Shown in pieces: positions 26,934 to 39,820 of a stretch of DNA of 64,000 bases. The position numbers were made by a program, and so were the translations under genes. How positions within the stretch are numbered: the first letter of the stretch is position 1; the number at the start of each line of letters is the position of its first letter. Below the pieces are notes generated by a model, which saw nothing but the letters and a program-made list of their open reading frames with translations, was not told the DNA's origin and did not search any database. The stretch is taken from NCBI GenBank assembly GCA_951406725.2, contig OX597814.1, positions 86,676,001-86,740,000 on the forward strand, given 5' to 3'. Origin of the DNA: Octopus vulgaris. Its lineage: Eukaryota.

Positions 26934-27392
26934 TAGGAGATAAACCCTAAGTAGGGATGGGGATGGCATTAAACCTTTAGAAGTGTTTGTGGGAAATAAC
27001 CGAAAGATGTCAGAGAATAGGGACTTCCAGTACAGGTGGCTGGTGTACCACGAAACAGCAAATGCTGTCATTGTCAGGGAATAACATGATAACAGTGAGA
27101 TAGAATTGAAAAATCTTAGAATTTTCAGTCAGCCAATCTGTGACAAAATTAGAGAAATGAATGAATAAGTAATGATAGTAAATGCATGTGAAAGGAACTT
27201 AAGTTTGTTTTTAAAACATAACAGTGTAGAAGATGAAACTATGTTTACATAGGTAATGAAATAGATAGAATAATGAAAAGAACTAATAAGAGGATTATGT
27301 TCTGTGCAGAAAGAGAGGTGTTAGATGTATGAAGTTGAAAAAATACAAGGTTTCTTATAATAATATCTCCTGGATTTGTATTGTTTTTAAAA

Positions 27393-27833
27393 TTATAAAA
27401 GAAATGGTGGATTAAGTAATTTAATATAAATCAAATGTTTGATCGGACCATTCTCTTTGGGCAACATTGAAAGATATTTGTGTCTATAGGTAATTATAAC
27501 GTCAGATATTTCATTGAGTAAACTATTTTTGTTGGTTCGGATTATGTGGATTGTCTCCTTCGTGCATAAATCATAATTCTTCGTGTGTGTATTATATGGT
27601 GTGGCTTCCCTTATTATAGACCAATTCATACTGAATTCTTTGTTGTTCATCTTTAATGTATTGATGTAGGTTGCTAGTGTAGTTGAGTTTTTTGTTTCGT
27701 GGTTAGTGAATGAGTTTATATGTGCCCTATATCTACTTTTAAAGTCAATGATACTACCTATGTAAATCTTTATAGGTTCATTTAGAGTTGAGACTTTGAC
27801 TTTATATACAGTATTTCTCCTCTTAACAGAAGC
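27393..27833 (-). mobile_element. Penelope-like element GIY-YIG endonuclease fragment
   Basis: Stop-free frame NTVYKVKV..KIYIGSIIDFKSRYRAHINSF..STTLATYI..WSII..YDLCTKE..LLNEISD..RHK, a typical PLE C-terminus. Confidence 0.85.
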
Positions 27834-27965
27834 CTATGTGGTTTGGAGCACCTGGTGGGTGATATGTATTGCATATGACTATATTGTGTTGTCTTATGCA
27901 TACAATTAGAGTGTCACATACTGAATTTGAGTATGATAGTGAGACCGGTCATAATCAAATTGTCC

Positions 27966-28041
27966 CATATATGTATATATATATATAACACACACACATA
28001 TATATATACACACATATATATATACACACACATATATATAT

Positions 28042-28104
<63 letters not shown>

Positions 28105-28131
28105 CATACATATATATATGTGTGTGTGTGT
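27966..28131. repeat. Compound (TA)n/(CA)n microsatellite; a similar tract lies at ~29095-29660
   Basis: Direct reading. It explains the Y/I/C/V/H/T-rich spurious ORFs here. Confidence 0.95.
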
Positions 28132-28143
28132 ATAATATTGTCC

Positions 28144-28357
28144 CATCATCATCATCATTTAGCGTCCGCTTTCCATGCTAGCATGGGTTGGATGGTTCAA
28201 CTGGGGTCTGGGAAGCTAGAAGGCTGCATCAGGCCCAGTCTGATCTGGCAGTGTTTCTACGGCTGGATGCCCTTCCAAACGCCAACCATTCCGTGAGTGT
28301 AGTGGGTGCTTTTTACGTGCCACCGGCACGGGGGCCAGGCGAGGCTGGCAACGGCCA
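28144..28357 (-). mobile_element. RTE-LINE 3' tail
   Basis: CATCATCATCATCATTTAGCGTCCGCTTTCCATGCTAGC.. Confidence 0.88.
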
Positions 28358-28457
28358 CTATATATATATATATATTGTCCCCATATATATACACACACAC
28401 ACACATATATATATATATACACATACACACACATATATATATCTCATCATCACCATC

Positions 28458-29097
28458 ATGAGGTAGTCAAGCATGACCTTCGAATGTTGGGCCTCACAGA
28501 CGAAAGACCGAGATCTCTGGAGATATGCTGTGACTGCAAAGACCCAACAAATAATGTGAGTTCATGGCTGCTTCCTGCACCAGTTTCGCATAGCCCCAGC
28601 CCATCCAAAGTACCTTGGATCGCAGAACGACCTGCTGTGCTTACCTTGGATCATAGAGTGGCCTGCTGTGCTTGAGGAGACCTATTGAGTCAAGTACATC
28701 AACATCAAAATAAATATCAAATGGAAATTGAAGTTATGATACCTTTGCCAGCGGCACGTAAAAAGCACCATCCAAACATGGCCGAAGCCAGCGCCGCCTT
28801 GACTGGCTTCTGTGCTGGTGGCACATGACCTGCTGTGCTTCAGGAGACCTATTGAGTCAAGTACATCAACATCAAAATAAATATCAAATGGAAATTATAA
28901 TTGTGATACCTGTGCCGGTGGCACGTAAAAAGCACCCACTACACTCACGGAGTGGTTGGCGTTAGGAAGGGCATCAAGCTGTAGAAACACTGCCAGATCA
29001 GACTGGAGCCTGGTGGTGCTTCCTGGCTTCCCAGACCCCAGTCGAGCCGTCCAACCTGTGCTAGCACGGAAAACGGACGTTAAACGATGATGATGAT
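28458..29097 (+). mobile_element. RTE-LINE 3' end (last codons plus 3' UTR)
   Basis: Begins EVVKHDLRMLGLT (compare WDEVVNHDLRTLGLT in ORF 37871-38134), has an internal duplication, and ends GGACGTTAAAC(GAT)n. Confidence 0.88.
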
Positions 29098-30025
29098 ATA
29101 TATACATACATACGTATGTCCCATATATACATATATATGTGTGTGTGTATTCGCCGGCATATTTGGTATATATAATGAGAGAAAGAGACTAAGAGGAAGA
29201 CATACATACATACAACACACACACAGATACATACACACACACACAACATGCAGACATACATATACACATACACGAGTATATACATACATACACAATACAT
29301 ACATACATACATAGATACATACACACACACACACAACATGCATACATACATATACACATACACGAGTAAAAATCGTTATCTCTTTTTCACACATTACTTC
29401 TGTCTCTTCGCACACACTAACAGAAGCACTTCATTACACAACATACTGTCTGTCTCCACACCCATATACAAATACGTATGTCCCTATATATATATATATA
29501 TGTGTGTGTGTATGTATATATATAGTCCTATATATACATATATATAGTCCCATATATACATATATATTGTCCCATATATACATATATATTGTCCCATATA
29601 TATACATACATATACGTATGTATATATTTACATAGGCGCATACACGTTTATAAAAATATATGTAGACGTGTGTACGGGACAATGTAGTCCTCCTAAATAC
29701 TGTCTGGAAAGAAAAGGGCTTGAGACTGGCATGTAAATACTCTATCTATGAGTGAAACAGGTAGCAGTTTTTTTTTCTCGCTCTCTGCCTCCATAACAAC
29801 GTATACTCTCTGCGCAGTCATAAATCGCAGCAAAATTCCCCTCACAACCTTTACACGCTACTGTCTTAAAGGAAATGTAATGGTCGTAGTTAGTATGTTT
29901 TCGATCGTTAAGGTTGACTCGAACTACAACGTGATCGTTTTGGTGTCAAGTAAGTGAACTGTAAGTATATATGAGGCCATTTCTACGTCTGACGACGGCT
30001 TTATCTAACACGCAAGAAACACCAT

Positions 30026-30204
30026 CACGTGCTGCACATGCTTGTGTGACAACTAAAACAACTGACGTCAAAGGATACGATGGAATTGGGAGGAACGCCC
30101 ATTTCTACACTGCTGATTAGTTACGTTCTCTCACGTGATGGGTTTGATCATGGCTTGGCGCAAACGAACGTCGGCCACGGCGATTGGTCGATGTTGGTCA
30201 CGTG
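30026..30204. promoter_or_regulatory. E-box/CRE cluster; candidate intronic enhancer or alternative promoter of MNT
   Basis: CACGTG at 30026, 30132 and 30199; CACATG at 30035; TGACGTCA at 30063; ATTGG at 30183. Locally CpG-rich with no repeat match I could see. Confidence 0.5.
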
Positions 30205-33200
30205 TTGTTGTTTTTATTCTATCTGGGTTAGCAAGTGTTACCTTTCCACGGGGAATATTAAAGAAAAAAATAATAATGTGATTCTGTGATCTCCATTGAC
30301 TCTTACACTTGCTCATGAAATGTCAATCTTCTCGCAAGACTAGTGCAAGTAGTATGAGCCCTCATGATAATTATTAAATACAGAACCCTTGATATGTTAC
30401 AGTTATTTTAATATCGGACAAATAATATAAAGAAAGGCATATAAAGGAATTAATGCATACAAAATGGGTGTATTTTGTGTGGTGTGTGTGTATACATAAT
30501 ATACAGAACGTGCTCTGAAATCGGTACTCGCTCCGTAGACAGCATTAATTTTAGTTTATTCATTTTGGTATTGTTAATAAAGCTATGTGTTCACTCTTCC
30601 CATTGCGTATTACAAATAATCTTCGCGCGCGATTTTTTTTTTTTTTTTATAATTAAGAAAATTATTTAAATCCTTTGAGAGAAGATAAACAAGGTAGAGT
30701 TGTATATCTGATTAGTTCTTTGGAAGTGTCGTTCAATTCCACGAATTATATTACTGTGCTGTTTATGATTTTCGAACTTCCTCTCTCTCCCCTCTTATCA
30801 CATTGTATTAGAGCAAGATTCAATGTACATGTCTGATGAGCTCTTCTCTCCGAAGCATTGATACTTTCTAAATTTTGAACCACTGTTGCTTTGTTTAATT
30901 TATCATCGATATTTTCCTGTTACTAATACACGTTGCATGTACTTTAAAAATTTTAAATATTTATTTTAGAAGTGGAAGCTTAATTTTCAATATAGGGAAA
31001 TTTAGATACGATACTAGGAATTTTGAGGAATTTTCTGAGATTCTGCTCAGATTAAATTTTTTTAATCAAATCTCATAAGGAAATACTTGAATTTTAAAAA
31101 ACTTTATTTCTTTTGTCTTGAGGGAGAGGAAGCTCTATATTTAAAGGGAAGTGAAATGAGAAATATTAATATAATGTTCATTTTTCACAGATGCCTCTGA
31201 CGCTGGAGTTATATTGTAACGAGTATGATCCTTTGGATGTGTTAATTTTTTAAACTCGCATGGAAGCACAAGATGAGACATAGGTTAATTTTTTTTTAAC
31301 TAGCATGAAAGTACAAGATGAGACGGAGTGGTTGGCAATACAAGCACCCAAGCGTATAGAAGCAACTGCACTGGTACGGACTTGTGATGCAAATTAACAA
31401 TAAATTTTAAGTGAAAAAGTGCTCTGAGTTATTGATAGAGTACTTGTAGCAGAGACAGACATGGTACGAACTAATAATACCGGATCTTATGATGCTGAGC
31501 TTCACAGATGAAGCACTGGATTATCAAGATATTTTTACAATAAACTATGGAGTAGATCACTCAGGCTATAACTAACACAGAAAAACGTTAAGTGAGCTAA
31601 ATGAGAAAGCTTCTATGTAGTCATTCATCCTGTTAAAAATAATAGCCAAATTTCCTTTAACGTATCCTGTTACCTTGTAAACAAACTCATTAGACAATAT
31701 AACCGGGATACACAATATGTGGTGAATGACGGGATGGTCATTTTGGTCCTGAGTCTGCTCTACTCGATCGAGGCTGGCGATGCGTGTTAAAATCCTATTG
31801 CTCAAGAATCCTTGTTATAGGGTCAAGTCTTGGTTTTCACGGTTCTTTTATTCAATTTTGTTCTGTTAATAAATGCATTGGCTCCATGCATATACAAGCA
31901 TATCTTTATAGCCTGCTGGTGCCATTGTGTATTCGAACACTATATATAACTATACTCAATTCAGTTTTCCTTAACTAGTTACGATGTATTAACTTGATTA
32001 ACTGTTCATGACCAAAAACTCAATTTTAAAGAAGGGATCAGAGACATTAGAGTTACCTCCCTTCGATTCTCTTTTCTTTGGCATTTAAGTTTCAAAATTC
32101 TATCTGCATTTAATACTTGTTACGTCACCCGGCGTACTCTAATCACGCATACCGATTCTGTTGCTGTCAGAAAGGTAACAAGGTGAAAGTATGACTGTTG
32201 CTGTACGTCTCACGGTACATCCCATTACAGTATTTGAGACTATTGATGTTATTATATTTGTGTGTACATGTATTATGTGTTTGTTGAGAATAAGTAGTAA
32301 GAATTGTATTCTGAAGTGTTTTCAATGTGTCTAGTTATTTGAGTCTGACAATACATGCAGTGACATGGATTGCATAGCTTTCTGTAGCAAAAAAGTATTT
32401 TATGCTATGCATATCCAAATGATTTTTCATTTTGATTGCTTTTGTTTCGTTTGCTATACCTTTAGGTGTAGTCTGCAGTGATGCAAAATGTAATATTTTG
32501 TGTTATTTGCAAGTTGTGATTTGTTGCAGTGAGGTTAGTGCTCCAGTTGGTCTGGCAATATATATAAAGGGTCTAACAAATTTCTAACAGTTTTGCTGTT
32601 GTTTGTATATGTTGACAAAATGTGACACATGTGGATGCTCTTGATATTTGTAGTTGTTGCATGTTATCCCTTGCCTTTTTTGCCTTCAGTGTGGGTTTAT
32701 ACTCTTTTTTTTTAGCACCAGCAATGACCACCTTGTCATTTTTTTGTAGCACTATGTATTTAATACTGTTATCTAATATAGCATTTTCAAAAAGATGTTA
32801 GGGTGTGATTTAAAGGAAATTTTGCCACTGTTTCCAACAGATCAAGCAACCATCTAAAGGGTTCTTTGTTGAGTATGAGAAATGGTTTTATTTAATGTTG
32901 TATTTTTGATGATTCTGAAGGTAATGATGGATTTGTTTTGTATTACTAGTAACCTATTTGTCTCATGCCATGCTTGTAGTTGGTTAATGTAGGGTTAGAA
33001 TGTTTCTATAGCTATACCTAAGGTGTGGTGATATCATATGCATATAACACTGATTGTATGTTTTGTGAGGTTTGGTAAAATCGTCAATGTATACGAAAAA
33101 AAGAATTGTTGAAAAGCTGCGTGGTATATACAATTTCAAGAAATACAGATTCCTGATTCATTGTTATGCTATTCTACATTAGAATTGCAATATGAGGGGC

Positions 33201-33395
33201 AGTTCAGCATGTTTTTACGAAGATGTGTTTAGTATTTTATTAAAAAGTGAGTGTTGGGGAATGCAGTGAGAAGCTTTACTGATAGTAAAAATCCATTTAA
33301 TAACTTAAAGTGCAGCAATTATCATTCCTTATACAAATTTCTGAGAGGAAAGTACAGTCAATTAACACCATATCTGGTATCTTATTATTACTTAA

Positions 33396-33717
33396 TGTTG
33401 CCGGTGGCTTGTGAAAAAAACATTCAAGCGAGGTCATTGCCAGTGCTGCTGGACTGGCTCCTGTGCAGGTGGCATGTAAAAAACACCATTTGAGCATGGC
33501 CGTTGCCAGTACCACCTGACTGGCCCTTGTGTCGGTGGCACATAAAAGCACCCACTACACTCTCGGAGTGGTTGGCATTAGGAAGGGCATCAAGCTGTAG
33601 AAACTCTGCCAGATCAGATTGGAGCCTGGTGCAGCCATCTGGTTCGCCAGTCCTCAGTCAAATCGTCCAACCCATGCTAGCATGGAAAGCCAACGTTAAA
33701 CGATGATAATGATGATG
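33396..33717 (+). mobile_element. RTE-LINE 3' tail
   Basis: AAAAGCACCCACTACACTCTCGGAGTGGTTGGC..CATGGAAAGCCAACGTTAAACGATGAT. Confidence 0.88.
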
Positions 33718-33818
33718 TTATTGCTTTAACAAGTGTAAGAATAATTGTGAGTGTTTCATTTATTCTTGTGAATGGTTTTTGTTAGCTAGCATATAATTTT
33801 CATATTGTTTGTTTATAG

Positions 33819-34008
33819 CACCTGCATCGTAAAGAGAAAGAGCATGAAGTCAAAGTGCAAGAACTTGCACGAGACAAGATCTCGCTTCAAGAGACAGTAC
33901 GCAAGTTAAAAATGGAATTGAGTCGTATGAATATAGAGTTCAACATTGACGACATTCCAACCAATGATGATGATGATACTGATTCCAACTCTACATCCAC
34001 AGCATCAG
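33819..34008 (+). CDS. MNT: Max-binding protein MNT, helix2/leucine-zipper exon (phase 0 to 1)
   Basis: tttatag|CAC..TCAG|gtaagt. HLHRKEKEHEVKVQELARDKISLQETVRKLKMELS..DSNSTSTAS(E) resembles MNT SLKRKEKEYEHEMERLAREKIATQQRLAELKHELS..DQASTSTASEG (recalled from memory). Confidence 0.88.
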
Positions 34009-35152
34009 GTAAGTACACTGAAATAAGGCAATTTATCTATAAAGCAAATTCTACTGCATTGAGATATAATTTGGAGGTCAAGTATATCTCAGGTCTTATA
34101 CATTGGTAGAGTCTTGCAACTGTTCAAGTGAAATGTTAATAGTAGTCATTTCACCAGTCTCAGGGACATATTAACTAAATCAGTAAAATATTACTCTTTT
34201 GGCAGAAGCACCAGTGTTTAATATCCTATCTTCAGTACCCTATTCATAATAGGTACCTGAGTATGGTACAATTCACCATTATAAGCAAGATAGGCATTTT
34301 GTTACTCATGGTTTTGTTGTCAGCTTGCAATCCTAAGCTCAAATCCTTCCTTGTTTCTCAAGAAAGCAAAGGAAAACCATTCCAATATAATTTCTCTTAA
34401 GCTTTTTGATACTAATTCACCTGAGATTATGCACCATTCTATGATACAAATTTCATGTTTAAAGTGACCTAAATTAAAACCTTCCATCAAAATTCCATGT
34501 TAATGTATGTTCTAAGCACCAATTTAATGGTGAAGTTATTTTCTTAAATTCTTCATTATTTTCAAAATTAACTGAAACAAAAGCAGTTTATTTTGACAGA
34601 AATAAGTTAACAAAAAGGTTGAGTCTTTACATAAAGACAAGCTCAGTAAATTAACAGAATACTTTTGTTCTGGTTCATATCTATTAAGGGTTAATTTTTG
34701 TCTTTCATATCCTTCTTTGAATGACAGTTTAGTTCACATATAAATTGGCATGTAAATTTTTAGATTAACTGTTTCTACAAGTATCTACTCTTTTTAGAAC
34801 AAAGCAGTTTATTATATCAGTAAAGGCTAAGTAATGAGTGACTACTATGATTTTCACTTATAGGAGTACTGTCGTTACTCAAGTTAAGTTTATATTATTG
34901 CTGTTGCCATATATTCCATGTCTATGGCAAATGCAAGCATGTTCTAACTGAAAATTATGTCCCAAGAACTTCCAATGGCAATACATTTCTAATATTTTAA
35001 AATGTTTCATTGGTAGAGAATGAGTTTTCATTTTGTATCTTTCTTTTTCTTTGTTTCTTTATGTCATTTTGTCTTTCTTTTCTCGTTTTCTCTTTCATTT
35101 TTAATTGAAATTAATTTAATCTTAATTCCTTGTGTTTAATATTTGATTGCAG

Positions 35153-35692
35153 AGGGTAATGGTCCCATTTTAAGTGATGTGGAGGAAGAAAGCACTACAC
35201 CTGTATCTCAACCTGTGAAAGCTGTTTCAGAAACTGTACCAGGTAAGAAGAGGCCACTGAGTTACCACATCGTGCCTTCTTCATTTATTTTGAATCAAGA
35301 ATTTACTGCACCCAAGATAGCACCTTCCTTGCCAACTTCATCTGTCATGCCTTTGACAAGCACAGCACTCAGTGATTACAAACCTCAGTCTCTTTCCAAA
35401 ACCCCTAAAATAATAGAATTGGAAAAGACCCATCAATCTGATTCAGTGTCAAATACAACTGAAAGTAAATTGGATTCAATAGTCTGTGACACAAACACTG
35501 CTTCCACAGGAGCCAAAAAAAAGGTTTGGGTAATTCCAAGAACTTTGGAAGTCAAAACACAGCAGATCTCATCACCAGAGCTACAGAAAATACAGTGGAG
35601 TGGCAGCCCATTAATAAATAATAAACATGCAATGAAATCCAAAGAAGAACCAAGAATAATTACAAAAAAACAGGCTGCAATTCCAGTTTTAG
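35153..35692 (+). CDS. MNT: MNT internal exon, S/T/P/K-rich (phase 1 to 1)
   Basis: ttgcag|AGGGT completes STASEG; 540 nt open; TTAG|gtaagg donor; long upstream polypyrimidine tract. Confidence 0.82.
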
Positions 35693-36220
35693 GTAAGGAA
35701 ATTTCTAAGTATTTTCTTTTTTGAGAAAACTGGTTTTTAAAAAATAATTGTTATAGTTCAACCATATATTCAGTTTTATTTAGAACAAAATGTGTGTTTG
35801 TTTTGTTTTTATAAATTAGATTTGATCCATAGAGAAGATATTTTTAATTAATGTTTCATATGCTAAACTCCTTTCATAAACCAATCTATGTGAAAAAATT
35901 AAGCTTGTAAATATTATCAGATGTAGAACTCTGAACAAAGATGTGATTCTTAATTATGTTATTAATGATTTATTTATTCTTATAACTATTGGGTTCCATG
36001 AAGGATAGCATCTAGTTGTAAAATATTTGCTCCAGTTGTGCATGCTGTGCCACACAAAATTATAGCACATATTCTGTATGCATGTATGTACATAGACATA
36101 TGCACACGTGTACATGTGCGTGCACACACACACACAAAAGTTTTATAAACTTCAGGCTATTTTCAAATATGGGATTCAAGACAAGGTTAGACACTGAAAA
36201 TATTTTATATATTACATTAA

Positions 36221-36429
36221 CCCTTTAGCATTCAAATTTCTGTGTCACATGTAGAGCTTATTTATTCACATTGTTTTGAATTAATCATTTATTATCTCAT
36301 AGCTTCAAGATTTTGATGATATGAATGTTTATTTTTAGAACGACATTGTAGGGTAGGTGTGAGAGGCCAGATCTAGCCGTTTTGAAAACAGTATTTGGGC
36401 TGGATATGGCTGGTTTAAATGCTCAAAGG
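36221..36429. mobile_element. TTAA-flanked (piggyBac-like) MITE
   Basis: TTAA|CCCTTTAGCATT..AATGCTCAAAGG|TTAA. Related copy at ~3990-4520. Confidence 0.7.
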
Positions 36430-37114
36430 TTAAGTACAAATGGCTATATGTTTTACTCTAAGTAAGTTTTTCAGAATATATATATATACATATACTGTAA
36501 AAATTCATGTAATTTGCACACCTGTGTAATTTACACAGGTGATTTTCAGGATAAAATGTGTTACAAATAGCTCTTACTCATGTAAAATTTGCACCCAAAA
36601 GTTTTCAGAATTGCCAATATAGCGAGGGTGAAAAGGTTTTCAATTTAGTTGTATTTAGCATAATTTCACCTACTTATGATTAGATTTTCTTAAATTTTCA
36701 CTAAATAAAAATGATTTCTGCTTCATAGGTATCACATTGAAAGCTATTAAATTACAAAGTGTTTGGGTTGTTTATAATAAACTTTATTTTACATTTCTTG
36801 TCCACAAGAGATTATATGTCTGATCTTTAGCATACTGATGTATGTCTTCTCAAATTACAATCACAGGAAAAGTTGTTGATAGGAATTACCAACAAAAAAA
36901 AAAAACAAATACAAAGCTGATAAATATGCACAGGTGTTGCAAATTAAGTTTAATTACCAATAAACATCAGCTTGGATGACACTTTACTCAACCAACAGTG
37001 GAAGATGACCAATCAAACTGATTATGTAAACAGAATTTTTTCCACCTGTTCTTGTCAAAACCTTTGATACAGAGTATCAAAATTTTAATCCGTTCATGCT
37101 TATAAAATGTCATT

Positions 37115-38851
37115 ATCATCATCATCATCATCATCGTTTAACATCCGTTTTCCATGCTAGCATGGGTTGGACGGTTCGACTGGGATCTGGGAACCCAGAA
37201 GGCTGCACAAGGCTCCAGTCTGATCTGGCAGTGTTTCTACAGCTGGATGCCCTTCCTAACGCCAACCACTCCGTGAGTGTAGTGGGTGCTTTTTATGTGC
37301 CAGGCGAGGCTGGCAACGGCCACGATCGGATTGGTGCTTTTTACGTGCCACTGGCACAGAAGCCAGTCAAGGCAGCGCTGGCATCGGCCACTTTCGAATG
37401 GTGCTTTTTACGGGCCACCGGCACGGAAGCCAGTCGAGGTGGCGCTGGCATCGACCATGTTTGGATGGTGCTTTTTACATGCCACCGGCACAGGGATCAC
37501 AACTACAATTTCCATTGATTTTTGATGTTCATGTACTTGACTCAATAGGTCTCCTCAAGCACAGGGTCGAAACGGTGTTTCTTTACTTGCCAGATGTACG
37601 GGAGTCAGTCCAGTGCCACTGGCAACTGTCGGATGCCAGTCATAGGATTGGCTCAATTTTGATTCCAATTTCACTTGCCCCAACAGGTCTTCACAAGCAG
37701 AGTTTAGTGTCCAATGAAGGGAGGTTGGCATGGGTGCCAATCGTCAGATGAGGTTCGATTTCGAATTCAATTTCGACTTCACTTGCCTCAACAGGTCTTT
37801 GCATGTCCAAGGAAGGAAAGGCATGCATAAGTGGGCTGGCTACATCCCTGACAAAGGACATGGGATGGACTCACTTGTCCTGCCGGGTCTTCTCGTGCAC
37901 AGCATATTTCCAAAGGTCTCGGTTACCAGTTATTGCCTTGGTGAGGCCTAATGTTCGAAGGTCGTGGTTCACCACCTCGTCCCAGGTTTTCCTGTGTCTA
38001 CCTCTTCCACGGGTTCCCTCAACCGCTAGGGATTGGCACTTTGTCACACACCTATCTTCATCCATTCTCGCCACATGACCATACCAGCGCAATCGTCTCT
38101 CTTGCACACCACAGCTTATGCTTCTTAGATCCAACTTTTTCTCTCACGGTATTTACACTCTGTCGAGTATGTACACTGACATTACACATCCATCGGAGCA
38201 TACTGGCTTCATTCCTCGTGAGCTTATGCAAGTCCTCAGCAGTCACGGCCCATGTTTGACTGCCGTGTAGCATGGCTGTTCATACATATGTGTCGTACAG
38301 TCTGCCTTTTACTCTGAGCAAGAGGCCCTTTGTCACCAGCAGATGTAGGAGCTCTCTGAACTTTGCCCAGGCTATTCTTACTCTAGCAGTTACACTTTCA
38401 GCACACCCACCCCCGCTACTGACTTGGTCACCTAGGTAACGGAAGCTATCAACTACTTCTAGTTTTTTTCCCTGGAATGTGGTGGAAGTTGTTCTCTGCA
38501 CATTTTCAGTGTTTATTGCTCCTGAGCATCTGCCACATACAAAAACTATCTTCCCAGTTAGCCTTCTTTGATATTGCTGCACCTCTTATCTTTCCATAGC
38601 TTACACTGGGTACATCTTATAGAGTTTCTATCTACGCCTTTTCTACAGATCGAGCAGGGCTATCTACCTGAAGGAATTTGTGGTTTGCCTGCCTTCCTAC
38701 TTATTAGGACTTTTATTTTAGCTAGGTTGACTCTAAGGCTCTTCGACTCTAATCCTTGCTTCCACACCTGAAACTTCTCCTCCAGTTCTGATAGGGACTC
38801 AGCAATTAGAGCAAGGTTGTCAGCATAGAGGAGCTCCCAGGGGCATCCAAA
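37115..38851 (-). mobile_element. 5'-truncated RTE LINE (RT C-terminus + 3' UTR)
   Basis: ELLYADNLALIAES, VVDSFRYLG, RIAWAKFREL, RRLRWYGHVARM, RGRGRHRKTW, then a 3' UTR ending in (GAT)n; frameshifted. Confidence 0.95.
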
Positions 38852-39760
38852 TGTTAATGAAGCCAATGTTTGAAACTGGTGTAAACAGTATGACAAACTT
38901 AAAACTGCGCATAGTAATAAACAGACAAAAATAAAAACATACAATCAAGGTTATCCATATCATTACATTTTTTCAGTCAAGAATATCCATATCACTATGT
39001 ATGTCAGTGGTGCTCCATTGCAATGGGTAGAAACTCCAAGCAGTGTAAAAATATGGCCAAGATCATGTTTATCAGCATGAATGTCAAACTTCAAAAAGTA
39101 GTTAACCATATAATGGTTTTGGTAAATTTATATGGAGAAAGTAAGCATTATACTGTCCAGCATAAATAAAAGTCGACTTCATTATATTTAAGCCATTACT
39201 TTTTCTGTAAAAACCTATTCTGATATTAAATGAGTCAACTTCTGGTATGAATGTTTTTGTTTTGTATGTTTTTATTTTTCTTTAATGGGAGTAGCCATGT
39301 AGCTCCTCTACAGCAAAAAAAACAAAAACAAAAAAAAAACCTTCTTTTGTTCTGACTCCTTCCTTCATACTTGAACATCTCATATTCAAGCATAAAAACT
39401 CCTCCATCTCCACTGTAGCCCCACAGAATTGAAGAGAATGGGTCAATCTGATTAGTGTTGATACCCTGAAAAAAGCACTCCGTATACACTGTAAAGTGAT
39501 TAGAATGAAGAATGGCATCCAACAGTAGAAACCATGCAAGAACAGACATTGGAACATTGTGAAGTTCTCAGATCTGCTACAGCCTGTTAAACCATTGAAA
39601 CCATGTCAGCATGGAACCAGTCACTAAAAACGACAATGATGATGATATATGTATATGCTGTGTAAGGATAATATAAAATGAGGATGGAGAACAGCAGGCT
39701 TTAATAGTAGATCACATTTGTTTTTGCACGACATACCAGCTTAAAGTTGCTGAGTATATA

Positions 39761-39793
<33 letters not shown>

Positions 39794-39820
39794 TAATAGT
39801 TATCGCCATACTAATATGGC

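Noticed and set aside
27914-29682. Many ORFs rich in Y/I/C/V/H/T
   Set aside because: Translations of TA/CA microsatellites.
29735-29770. ACTC/GAGT stem followed by GAAAC-AG-GTA (half of a hammerhead)
   Set aside because: No CTGANGA box or stem I upstream.
30830-30860. CTGATGAG hammerhead or C-box-like motif
   Set aside because: No stem II and no GAAA; no matching D box with a terminal stem.
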